DNA from: Polyangiaceae bacterium
GTDB lineage: Bacteria; Myxococcota_A; Polyangia; Polyangiales; Polyangiaceae
Direction of reading: 5' to 3'
DNA length: 64,000 nucleotides
Assembly (NCBI GenBank): GCA_044222475.1
Contig: JBGANF010000026.1
Location: 1 to 64,000 of the forward strand
The position numbers and the translations under genes were made by a program. Each line of letters starts with the position of its first letter. Within the stretch, counting starts at the first letter, position 1. A model generated the notes under the pieces. It was not told the DNA's origin. It did not search any database and was given only the letters and a program-made list of their open reading frames with translations. Shown in pieces: positions 32,948 to 42,765 of this stretch.

Positions 32948-34750
32948 ATGAGAGCGCTCACGTCGGCGGCGGTCGTCACCGGTTTCACGGTCCTGGTCGC
33001 GTGCGTCGGTGACGCCTCGAACCAGCCGTTTCCGGACGGCCCGGGCGTCGACCCGATTCCTGCGCCGAACCTGTTTCGGCCCGACCTCGGGCCGACGGTC
33101 GTTCAGGCGGTGCGGCCGCCCCCCATCTACGGCGGAACGCTCCTCGCCACGACCGACGGTGCGTACGCCATCGCCGCCGATCCCGACCGCGACCAGATCT
33201 TCGTCGTCGACCTGGCGACGAGGAAGCTTCATGCGACGATCGACACCGCACCGGGCGCTCAACCGTTTCGCGTGACCGAGAGCACGCCTGGAACCGTCGC
33301 CGTCACGCTGCGCGGCACGGGCGAGGTCGTCACGATCGATCTCGCGATGGGCACGACGTCGTGGACCGCGCCCGCGTGCGTCGAACCGCGCGGCATCGCC
33401 TTCGATCCGTCGACGAAGACGTTGGCGATCGCGTGCGAGCGTGGCGAGATCGTCTCGCTCGACGCCGCGACCGGATCGAGGGTCGGCGCCGTGACCGTCG
33501 AAGCGACCGCCCTGCGCGACATCTTCGTCGTCGAAGGTGACGGGTTCTGGGTCAGCGACTTCCGCCACGTGCGTGTGCTGCGCGTCGATCCTTCAGGAGT
33601 GATCCGGCGGCGGCTCGCCGTGAACTTCGTCTCCGGCAGCACCGCGTGGCGCACGCGCCGCATCGGGACCGACACGTTCGCCATCAGCTACCAGATCGCG
33701 ACGAACGTCGCGCTGCAGACGGCGAAGCCGGGTGGCTACGGCGGAGCGGACTGCAGCACGGGTTCAGTCGTCACCTCCGTGGTCAGCGTCCTTCACGACA
33801 ATGGGGGCGTCGCGGACCATCTACTCGGCAACTCGCCGCTCCCCGTCGACGTGGCCTACGCCGCAGCGACCGACCGCTTCCTCGTCGCGTTCGCCGGAAA
33901 CTCGTGGAACTCGCAACTGCCGAAGTTCCACGTCCTGGAGCGCTTCAGGACGGACTTGCCCCCTTGCTCGCCGATGGGGGCGCCACGGACCAACGGTGAG
34001 ATCGTCGCTACCGAAATCGGGCCTGGAAACGTGGGCCTCATCCAGAGCCGCGAGCCGGCGACTCTCCAGATCGTCGATCTCGGGAATCGCAGCCTCATCG
34101 ACACGATCACGCTCTCGCAGGTGTCGCGACGCGACACGGGGCACATCCTCTTCCACGCGAACTCGGGCCGCGGCATCGCTTGCGCCTCCTGCCACCCGGA
34201 AGGGGGCGACGACGGCCGCGTCTGGACGTTCACCAACGCGATGCGCGTCGACCGCGAACGTCGCACGCCGTCGCTGCGCGGTACCATTTTGGGAACGGCG
34301 CCGTACCACTGGGACGGCGAGGAGCCCACCCTCGATGCCCTGTTCGACGAGGTCATGAGCAGGCGGATGGATGGCCCGCCGCTCGACTCGGGTCAGCGCG
34401 CCGCCTTCGCGAGCTTCCTTCAGCAGATCCCGGCACCCGGGCGACCCACCGTCGGCAGCGATCCCGCGATCGCCCGCGGAGACGCGCTGTTCCACGGCGA
34501 CGGGAAGTGCATCGGCTGTCACGGCGACGCGAAGACGCCGTCGACGGGGCTCTTCGACGTGGGGACCGGCGGAACCTTCGGCGCGCCGCCGCTCGTCGGC
34601 GTCTCGCTCCGCGCGCCGTTCATGCACGACGGTTGCGCCGGATCGCTCGAGCAGCGCTTCGTGCCGCCCTGCGGAGGAACGGACCACGGCCCGAAGACGC
34701 TCACCGACGAGAACAAGAGCGATCTGGTCGCGTACTTGAAGAGTCTTTAG
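32948..34750 (+). CDS. Lipoprotein: YncE-like beta-propeller plus di-heme cytochrome c (CcP/MauG-like)
   Basis: Lipobox LVAC; propeller blades; CASCH and CIGCH heme motifs; TPSLRG, APYHWDG, APFMHDG. Confidence 0.85.
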   Translation: MRALTSAAVVTGFTVLVACVGDASNQPFPDGPGVDPIPAPNLFRPDLGPTVVQAVRPPPIYGGTLLATTDGAYAIAADPDRDQIFVVDLATRKLHATIDTAPGAQPFRVTESTPGTVAVTLRGTGEVVTIDLAMGTTSWTAPACVEPRGIAFDPSTKTLAIACERGEIVSLDAATGSRVGAVTVEATALRDIFVVEGDGFWVSDFRHVRVLRVDPSGVIRRRLAVNFVSGSTAWRTRRIGTDTFAISYQIATNVALQTAKPGGYGGADCSTGSVVTSVVSVLHDNGGVADHLLGNSPLPVDVAYAAATDRFLVAFAGNSWNSQLPKFHVLERFRTDLPPCSPMGAPRTNGEIVATEIGPGNVGLIQSREPATLQIVDLGNRSLIDTITLSQVSRRDTGHILFHANSGRGIACASCHPEGGDDGRVWTFTNAMRVDRERRTPSLRGTILGTAPYHWDGEEPTLDALFDEVMSRRMDGPPLDSGQRAAFASFLQQIPAPGRPTVGSDPAIARGDALFHGDGKCIGCHGDAKTPSTGLFDVGTGGTFGAPPLVGVSLRAPFMHDGCAGSLEQRFVPPCGGTDHGPKTLTDENKSDLVAYLKSL

Positions 34751-34759
34751 CGGCCGATC

Positions 34760-35389
34760 TCACGTCACCCGCGGGACCGTGATCTCCGGCGGTCTCACGT
34801 AGAACGGCTCGAGCGCGTCGAGGTCGGCGACCGGCGCCCCCCTGCCCGCGCGACCGATCGACACCGCGCGCGGCACGTCGTGCGGGCTCTCGGCGTGAAG
34901 CGCGACCCCGTCGATCGCGAGCGACCGCCCCGGCGCGCCGACCACCGCGCGGATCGCCCGCGCCTTCGCGCTTTCACGCACCGTCTCCAGCGTCGCGTGG
35001 CCGGGAGCCTCGCCCGAGAAGCGGAAGTAGACCTCGCCCTTTCCCGCATCCACCAGCGTCACGAACGGCGCCGCGAGATCGAGCCCGTGCTCGAGCGCAT
35101 CGAAGCTCGTGATCGCGGCGATCTCGGCGCCGGTCGCGAACGCGATGCCCTTCACCGTCGACACCCCCACCCGCGTCCCGGTGAACGATCCGGGCCCGAC
35201 GCCCACCGCCCACCGCGCCACGTCCCTCGGCGCCCACCCGATCTGGCGGAACAGATCGTCGAGCAACCCGAGCAGCGACTCGCCGTGAGCGTTCATGACG
35301 CTGGACTCGCGCTCGCCAACGACTACCCCACCATCGAACGCCGCAACTGTCCCAAGTTGGGACGACGTATCGATGGCGATCAACCTCAT
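34760..35389 (-). CDS. tsaB: tRNA t6A biosynthesis protein TsaB
   Basis: LIAIDTS, GVGPGSFTGTRVG, DAGKGEVY, LEPFYVR. Confidence 0.93.
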   Translation of the reverse strand: MRLIAIDTSSQLGTVAAFDGGVVVGERESSVMNAHGESLLGLLDDLFRQIGWAPRDVARWAVGVGPGSFTGTRVGVSTVKGIAFATGAEIAAITSFDALEHGLDLAAPFVTLVDAGKGEVYFRFSGEAPGHATLETVRESAKARAIRAVVGAPGRSLAIDGVALHAESPHDVPRAVSIGRAGRGAPVADLDALEPFYVRPPEITVPRVT

Positions 35390-35440
35390 CTCTGTCTCTC
35401 GGCTCCAGCCCCTGGCGCGCCTGGCGCCCTGGCGTTCCTC

Positions 35441-36616
35441 TCAGAGCTGGGCGAAGCGGCCACTGCGGAACGCCGCCTCGAGAAGCTGGTCCACACGCCG
35501 AACGAGCTCCGGCGCGCGCTGGTCGCTGCTGGCGCCCAGCGCCGCCTTGATCTCGTTGAGCGCCTTCAGCTGACTGAAGAGCTGCACGTCTCCGAGGCCG
35601 CTCGCGCCGGTGAGCACCTGGCGAACGCGGTCGATCTCGGCCGCGAGCGCCTCGATCCCGATTCCCAATGCACCCACGCGACGCGCGTTGGGGTGATCAC
35701 GGAAGTGCGCCTCGAGCACCGGCGCCACGATCGCCTCGAGGATGGCCGCCTGGTCCTCGTTGTTCCAGATGTGCTTCAGCACGAAGAAGTCGCTCGCGTC
35801 GGGCTGCTGTCGGCCGTCGATGTACGCGCTCGCGGCGAAGAGCTTCAACAGCTTGACGACGCGCCGATCCGAGAGGCTCACGCCCTCGGCGCGGATCTGG
35901 AAGACGAGCCCCTTGTACTGGGAGAAAAACTCCTCCGAAAAGCGCATCCGCTGCCCGAACCCGCGGTGCAGCTCGCCGAACTCGCGCGCCGCGGCGAGCG
36001 GCTGGATCGGCTGCTGGAGGACGCCCTGCACCTCGTTCGCGAGGCCCTTCTGGAGAAGATCCTGGAAGTGGTACGCGTCGAGGTTGTCGCTGCGGATGCG
36101 GAGCAGGAACCGGTCGAAGATGGCGGTGAGCGTCTCGTCCGAAGGGACCTCGTTGCTGGCGCCGAAGCACGAGATGAGCGGGCACCGCATGACCTGACCG
36201 CCGCTCGTGTACATGCGCTCGTTCAGGAGCGTGAGGAGCGCGTTCAGGATCGCCGAGTTCGACTTGAAGACCTCGTCGAGGAAGACGACCTCGGACTCGG
36301 GGAGCATCGCCTCGGTTCGGCGGATGTACTTGCCCTCGCGGAACGCGGCGATGTCGACCGGCCCGAAGATCTCGTTCGGCTCCGTGAAGCGCGTGAGGAG
36401 GTACTCGAAGTACTTCGCCTGGATGAGCTTCGAGAACGTGCGGATGAGCGCCGACTTCGCGGTACCCGGCGGCCCGATCAGGACGGCGTGCTCGCCGGCA
36501 ACGACCGCGATCAAGAGGAGCCGAATGACCTCCTCCTTGCCGAGGAAGCGGCTTTCGAGGTTCTGCGCGATCAGTCCGAGCCGGTTGGTGAGCGGGAGCG
36601 CCTGCTGCTGAGTCAT
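35441..36616 (-). CDS. RavA-like MoxR AAA+ ATPase
   Basis: GPPGTAKS, YFEYLLTRFTEPNEIFGP, FLDEVFKSNSAILNALL, ASNE, SDRR. Confidence 0.88.
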   Translation of the reverse strand: MTQQQALPLTNRLGLIAQNLESRFLGKEEVIRLLLIAVVAGEHAVLIGPPGTAKSALIRTFSKLIQAKYFEYLLTRFTEPNEIFGPVDIAAFREGKYIRRTEAMLPESEVVFLDEVFKSNSAILNALLTLLNERMYTSGGQVMRCPLISCFGASNEVPSDETLTAIFDRFLLRIRSDNLDAYHFQDLLQKGLANEVQGVLQQPIQPLAAAREFGELHRGFGQRMRFSEEFFSQYKGLVFQIRAEGVSLSDRRVVKLLKLFAASAYIDGRQQPDASDFFVLKHIWNNEDQAAILEAIVAPVLEAHFRDHPNARRVGALGIGIEALAAEIDRVRQVLTGASGLGDVQLFSQLKALNEIKAALGASSDQRAPELVRRVDQLLEAAFRSGRFAQL

Positions 36617-37314
36617 GAGCCGCGCGAGGCTACCACGGATCGATAGAGGGCCGCCGGCTTCGAGCCGGTGCGTCGCTTCCCGCTGGCCTCCGCGACCGCG
36701 CCGTCTTCGAGCATGCGGTGAAACCGGCGGCGGAAATTCCCCGGGTCGACCGCGGCGCCGCTGATCGCGCTCCAGGTCGCGCGGAGCTCGGGGATCGTGA
36801 AGGGCTGGGGCGCCAGGTGAAACCCGATGGCGCTCCGATCGAGGTCCCTTACGATGCGCGCGTGCGCGGCTCGCGCGATCTCGCCGTGGTCGAAGGCGAG
36901 CTTCGGGAGCGAGAGGAACGGAACCCAGAGCGCCGCCGCAGCGTCACCGCCGCCGCGAACCTTGCCGACGAGATCGGGACGCACGAGGGCGTAGTACGCG
37001 ATCGAGATCACGCGCATGCGCGGATCGCGCCCCGCACGACCGAACGCGCCGAGCTGCTCGAGGAACACGTCGCGCGAGTGCAACCCCGTCTCTTCCTCGA
37101 GCTCGCGCCGCGCGGCGGCGTCGAGGTCTTCGCCTTGGTCGCGTGGGCTCGGGCCGTCGCCGAGGACCCGCAGGAAGCCACCGGGAAGCGCGAGCTCGCC
37201 GAGGAACGGCGCCTCTCCGCGGCGCACGACGAGCAGACGGAGCTCGCCGGAGACGACCGTGAGGACGACGATGTCGACGGCGACCGCGGGCCGAGGATGG
37301 TCCTGAAGCCTCAT
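36613..37314 (-). CDS. nrtR: NrtR-family Nudix/wHTH regulator
   Basis: AVDIVV, ALPGGF, Nudix box ARRELEEETG, RDPR, LAFDH, FTIPEL, NFRRR, KPAALY. Confidence 0.85.
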   Translation of the reverse strand: MRLQDHPRPAVAVDIVVLTVVSGELRLLVVRRGEAPFLGELALPGGFLRVLGDGPSPRDQGEDLDAAARRELEEETGLHSRDVFLEQLGAFGRAGRDPRMRVISIAYYALVRPDLVGKVRGGGDAAAALWVPFLSLPKLAFDHGEIARAAHARIVRDLDRSAIGFHLAPQPFTIPELRATWSAISGAAVDPGNFRRRFHRMLEDGAVAEASGKRRTGSKPAALYRSVVASRGS

Positions 37315-37321
37315 CGGCTCG

Positions 37322-38287
37322 TCACCAGGGGTCGTTCGTCGTGACCACGTTCATCCCGAAGGTCGCGAGCTCCTCGAACGCGCGCTCGGCGACCGCAGGG
37401 AAGTCGAGCTCGGGCGGGAGCGGATCGAGGTCGGGCGGGGACACCGACGACATCGCGTCCCGCAGGACGTAGATGCGCCGCGCGAGCGCGCGATCGGTCC
37501 TCTCGATCCGAGCGCGAAGGTCGAGCAACGTCGAAAGGACGCAGTGCGACTTCGCCTGACCGAAGACGTAGACCCGGTCGTGCGACATGAGCGTCTCGAA
37601 GAGGCGCTCGTCGAAGCTGCCGACGCGCATGCCCGACACCTCCTCGACCTCGGGCGAGAGCACCGAGTAGTTCTCGGTCCAGCGGTGCTCGCCCTTCATC
37701 GCGAACACCGTCGCGGTCTGGCGCGCGGTCGCGTGGAAGATGGAATACTCCATGAGCTGCGGGACGAGCGCGTGCGACAACCCACCGAGCAGCGCGTGGA
37801 ACGGCCACACCGTGAGCACGTACTTGCCGGTCTTCTCGAGCCGCGTGACGTAGTCGAGCGCGGCCTCTTCGTCGATCTCCTGCGCCGCCTGCCACGTGCC
37901 GTCTCGCACGTCTTCGGCGGTGATCACCGAGTACGGCTCCGGCGGTCGTCCCTGACGGTCGCGCCAGAACGCCGGGTGGAAGATCTGGTGGACGCGGTGC
38001 GTGTCGAGCGAGAACACCAGCGTCGTGATCTTGTCGACGTTCCGGTAGAGGAAGCTCAGCGTGCGCTCGGTGTCGGCGACTGCGCCGGGCACGAACAGGC
38101 TGCCCTGCGGGAGCGCGAACGCGATCTGCACGTCGATCCCGAACGCGCAGACCCGCGTCTGGTCCTCGGAGGCCGGACCGACGTTCCACTTCTTCGCCCA
38201 CACGAGCGCCTCCTCGGCGGCGATGCCCGCGCGCTCGACGTAGAGCGCGCCGACCGGTCTGTCGAATGCGAACGCGGGAACCTCCAT
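37322..38287 (-). CDS. Nicotinamidase/isochorismatase-family cysteine hydrolase
   Basis: IDVQ, LDTH, WPFH and GQAKSHCV motifs; TGATG overlap with the NAPRTase gene. Confidence 0.85.
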   Translation of the reverse strand: MEVPAFAFDRPVGALYVERAGIAAEEALVWAKKWNVGPASEDQTRVCAFGIDVQIAFALPQGSLFVPGAVADTERTLSFLYRNVDKITTLVFSLDTHRVHQIFHPAFWRDRQGRPPEPYSVITAEDVRDGTWQAAQEIDEEAALDYVTRLEKTGKYVLTVWPFHALLGGLSHALVPQLMEYSIFHATARQTATVFAMKGEHRWTENYSVLSPEVEEVSGMRVGSFDERLFETLMSHDRVYVFGQAKSHCVLSTLLDLRARIERTDRALARRIYVLRDAMSSVSPPDLDPLPPELDFPAVAERAFEELATFGMNVVTTNDPW

Positions 38288-39735
38288 CACGACACCTCCT
38301 GCGAGCGCCGGATGTCCGGCACGATTTCGTTTCGCCTCGCTTCGCAGCGGGCCACCAACTCGGACGAGGCCGCGCTCAGCGCCACCCGCTCGTCCTTCGG
38401 GCGCTCTTTGGCGGCGGTCGCGGCGGTGCCGACGGCGCCCGACGCGAGCTCGTACCCCTCGGGGATGGGCTCGCCGCGTTGGCCGATGATCCCTCCCGGA
38501 CCTTCGCCGCGAAGGCGCCGGAGGACCACCGGGTGACCGGGGACGCTGCGCTTCGACCCGTCGTCCGAGAACTTCATCACCGGCGACGTACCAGATTGGG
38601 ACAGCTTGTAGACCGCCGCGACGCGATCGCGCGTCAGCGTGCCGCGGCTGACCAGGTGCCCGCCGTAGCCGTAGAAGACCCGCTCGGGCGAGAGCCCGAG
38701 CTCCTTGCGCACCTTCTCGAACCGCTCGGTGAGGGGGAGGTCGAACCCGTCTTCGAGGATGTGGACGGGGTCGAGCCCGACCTCGCGCGCCCGCGCGACC
38801 GCCGTGCGGAGTTGGAGCTCCTTGTCGCCCGAGTCGTAGCGGATCGAGTCGCCGGCGCCGGGGTCGTCGGCCATCACGCGCAGCGCCGCCGGGAGGCCCG
38901 ACCGAAGCGTGTCGAACGTGTCGAGCAGGAAGCTCGAGCGCTGCGGCCGCCGCTCCTTCATCGCGCGGTACGCCGCCTCGTCGCTGCCGAAGCGCTGCAC
39001 GTGCTCGTGCCCCATCGTGCCCACCGCGATCATCCCGAGGTCTCCCGCGAGGCCCACGTGGCTCGTCCGGCGCACGCCCGCCTCTCGGCAACCTTCGAGC
39101 GCGAGGCGGTGCTGGTCCACGCACGTCGCCGCGCGAAGCCCGACCTCGAAGACGCGATCGCCGCTGCCCAGCGCCGCGACCAACGCAGCGGCGCGCGTGC
39201 GCGCCGCGTCGCGGTATTCGCCGGCGCGCACATCCATCGGCGGCGCGGGCTCGTCGATCGAGTCGAGCACCTCGCGGACGATCTCCGCCTCGCGCTCGCA
39301 GCTCACCGTGCGCACCGCCGCCGAGAGCGCTGCGCGATCGGTCAGCGCGAGCGTCGCCACCTGGCTGCGGAAGCTCCACATGAGGAGCTGCGGCTCCAGC
39401 CACGACACCAGCGCCGACGGCCCGGTGATCGAGAACACCGGCTCACCCGGCAGAAACCACGCCCACGCGGGGATGCTCGTCACCGTGAGCTGGCTCGCAC
39501 CGCCGTCCATCGCCGCGCGGAACCCTTCGCCCATCGGGTAGCCGAGCCGCGCGAGCGCTTCGTACTGCCGCTCTCCTTCGCCCGGCACGAGCGCGCGGAC
39601 CGCGCGCTCGGTGTCGATCGGCCAGACCTGCGGTCCGCCGCGCCGGTGCGTGTAGTAGAACGTCTCGCGGCGGAGCGGATACCCGGCCTCCGCCATGCTG
39701 AGCTTGTAGCCGTCCGTCGTCAGGATTGAGCTCAT
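38287..39735 (-). CDS. pncB: Nicotinate phosphoribosyltransferase
   Basis: TDGYKLSM, FEVGLR, GTMGHEH (phospho-His), LDTFDT, RYDSGD, YKLS. Confidence 0.82.
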   Translation of the reverse strand: MSSILTTDGYKLSMAEAGYPLRRETFYYTHRRGGPQVWPIDTERAVRALVPGEGERQYEALARLGYPMGEGFRAAMDGGASQLTVTSIPAWAWFLPGEPVFSITGPSALVSWLEPQLLMWSFRSQVATLALTDRAALSAAVRTVSCEREAEIVREVLDSIDEPAPPMDVRAGEYRDAARTRAAALVAALGSGDRVFEVGLRAATCVDQHRLALEGCREAGVRRTSHVGLAGDLGMIAVGTMGHEHVQRFGSDEAAYRAMKERRPQRSSFLLDTFDTLRSGLPAALRVMADDPGAGDSIRYDSGDKELQLRTAVARAREVGLDPVHILEDGFDLPLTERFEKVRKELGLSPERVFYGYGGHLVSRGTLTRDRVAAVYKLSQSGTSPVMKFSDDGSKRSVPGHPVVLRRLRGEGPGGIIGQRGEPIPEGYELASGAVGTAATAAKERPKDERVALSAASSELVARCEARRNEIVPDIRRSQEVS

Positions 39736-39757
39736 CTACCTCGAAGGTGCATCCTAG

Positions 39758-39782
39758 AGAAAGAGTCGTCAAGACTCTTTCT
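39758..39782. promoter_or_regulatory. NrtR operator overlapping the -35 of the pncB promoter
   Basis: Perfect palindrome AGAAAGAGTC-GTCAA-GACTCTTTCT with the GT-N7-AC core; minus strand TTGACG-N17-CACCTT. Confidence 0.8.
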
Positions 39783-39822
39783 GGCGCCTCGCAATCCAGC
39801 GCGTCTCCCCTTATACAGAAGC

Positions 39823-40077
39823 ATGGCGAACCGAGCGCAATCGACGCGTCTGAGCATCGTTCGCCAGGCGCTCCAAGACATCGTCGAGCGCCTGTCGGAG
39901 CTTCCGCTGACCCAGGAGGTCCGCGAGCTCCGCATCCAGGCCGCTGCGTACACGCGCCTCGTCCGCAGCTGGGACGTCACGCCGCCCTCCGAGGAGACCC
40001 GCGGCGACATGATGAAGAAGGTCATCGACCTCAACGTGAAGGTCATCGCCTTGAACCGGGAGAAGCCGGCGCCGTGA
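39823..40077 (+). CDS. Small helical hypothetical protein (84 aa)
   Basis: Strong GC3 bias; GTGA overlap with the Rieske gene. Confidence 0.75.
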   Translation: MANRAQSTRLSIVRQALQDIVERLSELPLTQEVRELRIQAAAYTRLVRSWDVTPPSEETRGDMMKKVIDLNVKVIALNREKPAP

Positions 40078-41111
40078 CCCGGGTTCCGCTCATCGAGCGC
40101 TCCCCGTTGTCGCGGTTCTTCCACCCCGTGCTCCCCGCACGGAAGCTCCGCCGCGCGCCGGTCCGCGTCGAGGTCGCCGGACGAGCGTACGCGCTGTGGC
40201 GCGACGACCGCGGCATCGCGCGCGGCGTGCACGATCGCTGCCCGCATCGATTCGCTCCGCTGTCGAAGGGGCGCGTGCGGCCCGATGGCCGGCTCGCCTG
40301 CCCGTACCACGGGTGGAGCTTCGACGGCGAAGGGCGCGGCACGAGCCCGTCGCAGCCGGAGCTCACCAAGTGCGACGCGTCGGCGATCGACGTCGTCGAG
40401 CGCGACACCTACCTCTGGATCGCGGAGCGCGGCGCTCAGCCGATGCGCCCGTTCGACACCGAGGGCTACCGTTTCTGCGGCGCGTTCGCGGTGCACTTCG
40501 ACGCGCCGCTGCACGTCGCGTTCGACAACTTCTCGGAGGACGAGCACACGCCGTTCGTCCACACGCGGCTCGGCTGGGAAGAGCGCGACGCCGGCCGCCT
40601 CGGGTTTCACGCCGAGAACCACCCCGATCGCACGGAGGTCCACTACCACGGCCCCCAGCGCCCCTCGCAGGTCGCGCGCTTGTTCGGCATCCGCCCCGGC
40701 GACGAGTTCCACAACGACTGGGTCACGCGCTTCGATCCGGTGCACACCGTCTACACGACGCAGTGGCGCGATCCGAAGTCGGGCGCAGTGCGTCCGATGT
40801 CGATCCGCAGCCCGATCTACTTCGTCCCCGAGACGGACGAGACGACGTGGCTGCACACGTTCGTGTTCGCGCGCTTCACCGACCGGCGGCTCGAGCGATT
40901 CTTTCCGATCCTTCGCCACGTCACGACGGCGGTCGCGTGGGGCGAGGTCCGAGACGACGCGCGCTTCATCCCGACCGTCAAGGAGACGCCGCGCGAGCTC
41001 GGCGGCATGCGCCTCGGAAAGTACGACAAGCCCATCATCCACAATCACCGGCTGCTGGCGCGCATCTACTGGGGCGCGGCCGAGACGGCGGGCACGTCGG
41101 TCGACGCCTGA
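40074..41111 (+). CDS. Rieske non-heme iron oxygenase, alpha subunit
   Basis: CPHR...CPYHGW Rieske motif; DNFSEDEHTPFVH mononuclear iron motif. Confidence 0.9.
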   Translation: MTRVPLIERSPLSRFFHPVLPARKLRRAPVRVEVAGRAYALWRDDRGIARGVHDRCPHRFAPLSKGRVRPDGRLACPYHGWSFDGEGRGTSPSQPELTKCDASAIDVVERDTYLWIAERGAQPMRPFDTEGYRFCGAFAVHFDAPLHVAFDNFSEDEHTPFVHTRLGWEERDAGRLGFHAENHPDRTEVHYHGPQRPSQVARLFGIRPGDEFHNDWVTRFDPVHTVYTTQWRDPKSGAVRPMSIRSPIYFVPETDETTWLHTFVFARFTDRRLERFFPILRHVTTAVAWGEVRDDARFIPTVKETPRELGGMRLGKYDKPIIHNHRLLARIYWGAAETAGTSVDA

Positions 41112-41301
41112 CCCCGTCCCCGTCCCCCCTCCCGTCGCCGTCCCTTGTGGGCGGCCAGGTCGGGGCGCTCCTCCAGGAGACGTCTGCCGGCTAACAATTC
41201 TTGGATGGGGGTCCCGGGATCTGGATCAAAGGTTCCCCGTCATGGCCGGCGGCGGATCGGGGTCGAGCCGGTATTCGTCAATGATTTCAACGAGCGGATA
41301 C

Positions 41302-41317
41302 TGGCATGAGACGTGCT
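41302..41317 (+). promoter_or_regulatory. Sigma54 promoter of the 41342 gene
   Basis: TGGCATGAGACGTGCT is GG-N10-GC, close to consensus. Confidence 0.75.
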
Positions 41318-41341
41318 CTACTGTCGGTCGAGGTACGACAA

Positions 41342-41836
41342 ATGAGCACCACGGCACCGACCCATCGCTCCTGGCTCAAGCAACTCGCCTCCCAATGCGA
41401 GGCGGCGTGGCAGACCGCCGTGCTCCCCTCGGCCGAAGAGGGCCGCCGGCGCATCGAGACGCGGCGCACCGTCTACGAGCTGTTCGACGGCGAGTGCGTC
41501 GAGGTCGTTCGCCGCGACGACGGCGCCGACGTGCCGGGCATGCAGGGCATGCGACTCGTCGGTTGGTACTACGACCTCGATGGCACCCCGCACATGGCCA
41601 AGATTTGGCGGCCAGGCGCGCGCGCGATCCTGTGGCGACCGCGCCGCAACGGCGAGCCCGAGTCGGTGATCGCGCTCACGTCACCCACGTTCGGCTTCGT
41701 CTGCGTCGGACGCACCCACGACGAGATGACGACGCGCCCGCGCATCGACGACACGCCCGTTTCGCACGTGCGCCCGGTCGTCGTCGCGCGAACTCCGCCC
41801 GCGCAATCGATGGCGCGCGTGCACACTGGGTTCTGA
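41342..41836 (+). CDS. Hypothetical protein (164 aa)
   Basis: GAGGT RBS; GC3 bias; IETRRTVYELFDGECV and GARAILW motifs. Confidence 0.75.
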   Translation: MSTTAPTHRSWLKQLASQCEAAWQTAVLPSAEEGRRRIETRRTVYELFDGECVEVVRRDDGADVPGMQGMRLVGWYYDLDGTPHMAKIWRPGARAILWRPRRNGEPESVIALTSPTFGFVCVGRTHDEMTTRPRIDDTPVSHVRPVVVARTPPAQSMARVHTGF

Positions 41837-41848
41837 AAAAGGATCCTG

Positions 41849-41890
41849 AAAAAAAGAAAACGGCGCCGCCCGTCTTTCACGGGGGCGCCG
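41849..41890 (-). terminator. Rho-independent terminator between convergent genes
   Basis: CGGCGCC..CCCGT/ACGGG..GGCGCCG hairpin next to an A-rich run that is a U-tract on the minus strand. Confidence 0.7.
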
Positions 41891-41934
41891 CCTCTTCGGC
41901 GCGAGCGCTTTTTGGGCGCGTCGTGGAACGCTGC

Positions 41935-42153
41935 TCAGTTCTTGAGGAGCGGCCGACCCTGCGCGTCGGTGAACTTGCCGGTCAGGATCATGATCAGGTC
42001 GATCAGGGTCCAGATCCCGCAGCCGCCGAGCGTGAGGAGCTGCGCAACGCCGCTGCCGATCTTGCCGACGTAAAAGCGGTGCACTCCGAGCGTCCCTGCG
42101 AAAAGGCAGAGGAGGAGGGTCGTCATCCAGGGCTTCTGCTCACCGTTGCTCAT
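41935..42153 (-). CDS. TM2-domain membrane protein
   Basis: [46 protein letters not shown]. Confidence 0.9.
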   Translation of the reverse strand: MSNGEQKPWMTTLLLCLFAGTLGVHRFYVGKIGSGVAQLLTLGGCGIWTLIDLIMILTGKFTDAQGRPLLKN

Positions 42154-42253
42154 GTTGTCCAATCTCCGAGGGCGGTTGAAGGCGTCGTACGTTTGCGCGG
42201 TCTTTTTCTCCCCGCGGCGGGGTACCCTACCAGAACGCCCCGTAGTTCGGTCC

Positions 42254-42664
42254 ATGAACGTTTTCTTGTTCAAGCTGCGCCCCCCATCGCCCCCGGCCCT
42301 CGCGATCGTGCTGGTCGTCGCCGCGGCGTGCGCCGGCCGGCAAACCCAACCACCACGCGTATTTGGGCCGATGCGGGGGGAGGCCTCGCCCAGCGTCGAC
42401 GACCCCAACAGCGACCCCTCCGACGGCGACGACGTCTGCACGACCGACACCGACTGCGTCATGACCAACTTCACCGACTGCTGCGCGTGCTGCGAATGCA
42501 CGAAGCCCCCCTATGCGATCCTGCACAAGAAGCTGCACGAGCTGGAGGCGCGCTGCGCCGACACCGACTGCGCCCTCGACGGGTGCAACACCAAACGGTG
42601 CCCGCCGTGTACGCCTCCCTCGACAAAGGCCGTCTGTGACGAAGGCAGCTGCGTCGAGCGCTGA
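42254..42664 (+). CDS. Small Cys-rich lipoprotein
   Basis: VVAAAC lipobox; CTTDTDC...CC.CC.C...AVCDEGSC. Confidence 0.75.
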   Translation: MNVFLFKLRPPSPPALAIVLVVAAACAGRQTQPPRVFGPMRGEASPSVDDPNSDPSDGDDVCTTDTDCVMTNFTDCCACCECTKPPYAILHKKLHELEARCADTDCALDGCNTKRCPPCTPPSTKAVCDEGSCVER

Positions 42665-42684
42665 TCGGCGGTAGGTGAGACGCG

Positions 42685-42765
42685 GGCCCCTTGGCGGAAT
42701 GGCATACGCAGCGGATTTAAAATCTGCGGTCGCAAGACGTCTGGGTTCGAGTCCCAGAGGGGCCA
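42685..42765 (+). tRNA. tRNA-Leu (TAA), CCA not encoded directly after the discriminator
   Basis: GGCCCCT/AGGGGCC acceptor stem, GCGGA-TTTAAAA-TCTGC anticodon arm, GTC-GCAA-GAC variable arm, GGTTCGAGT T-loop. Confidence 0.95.
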
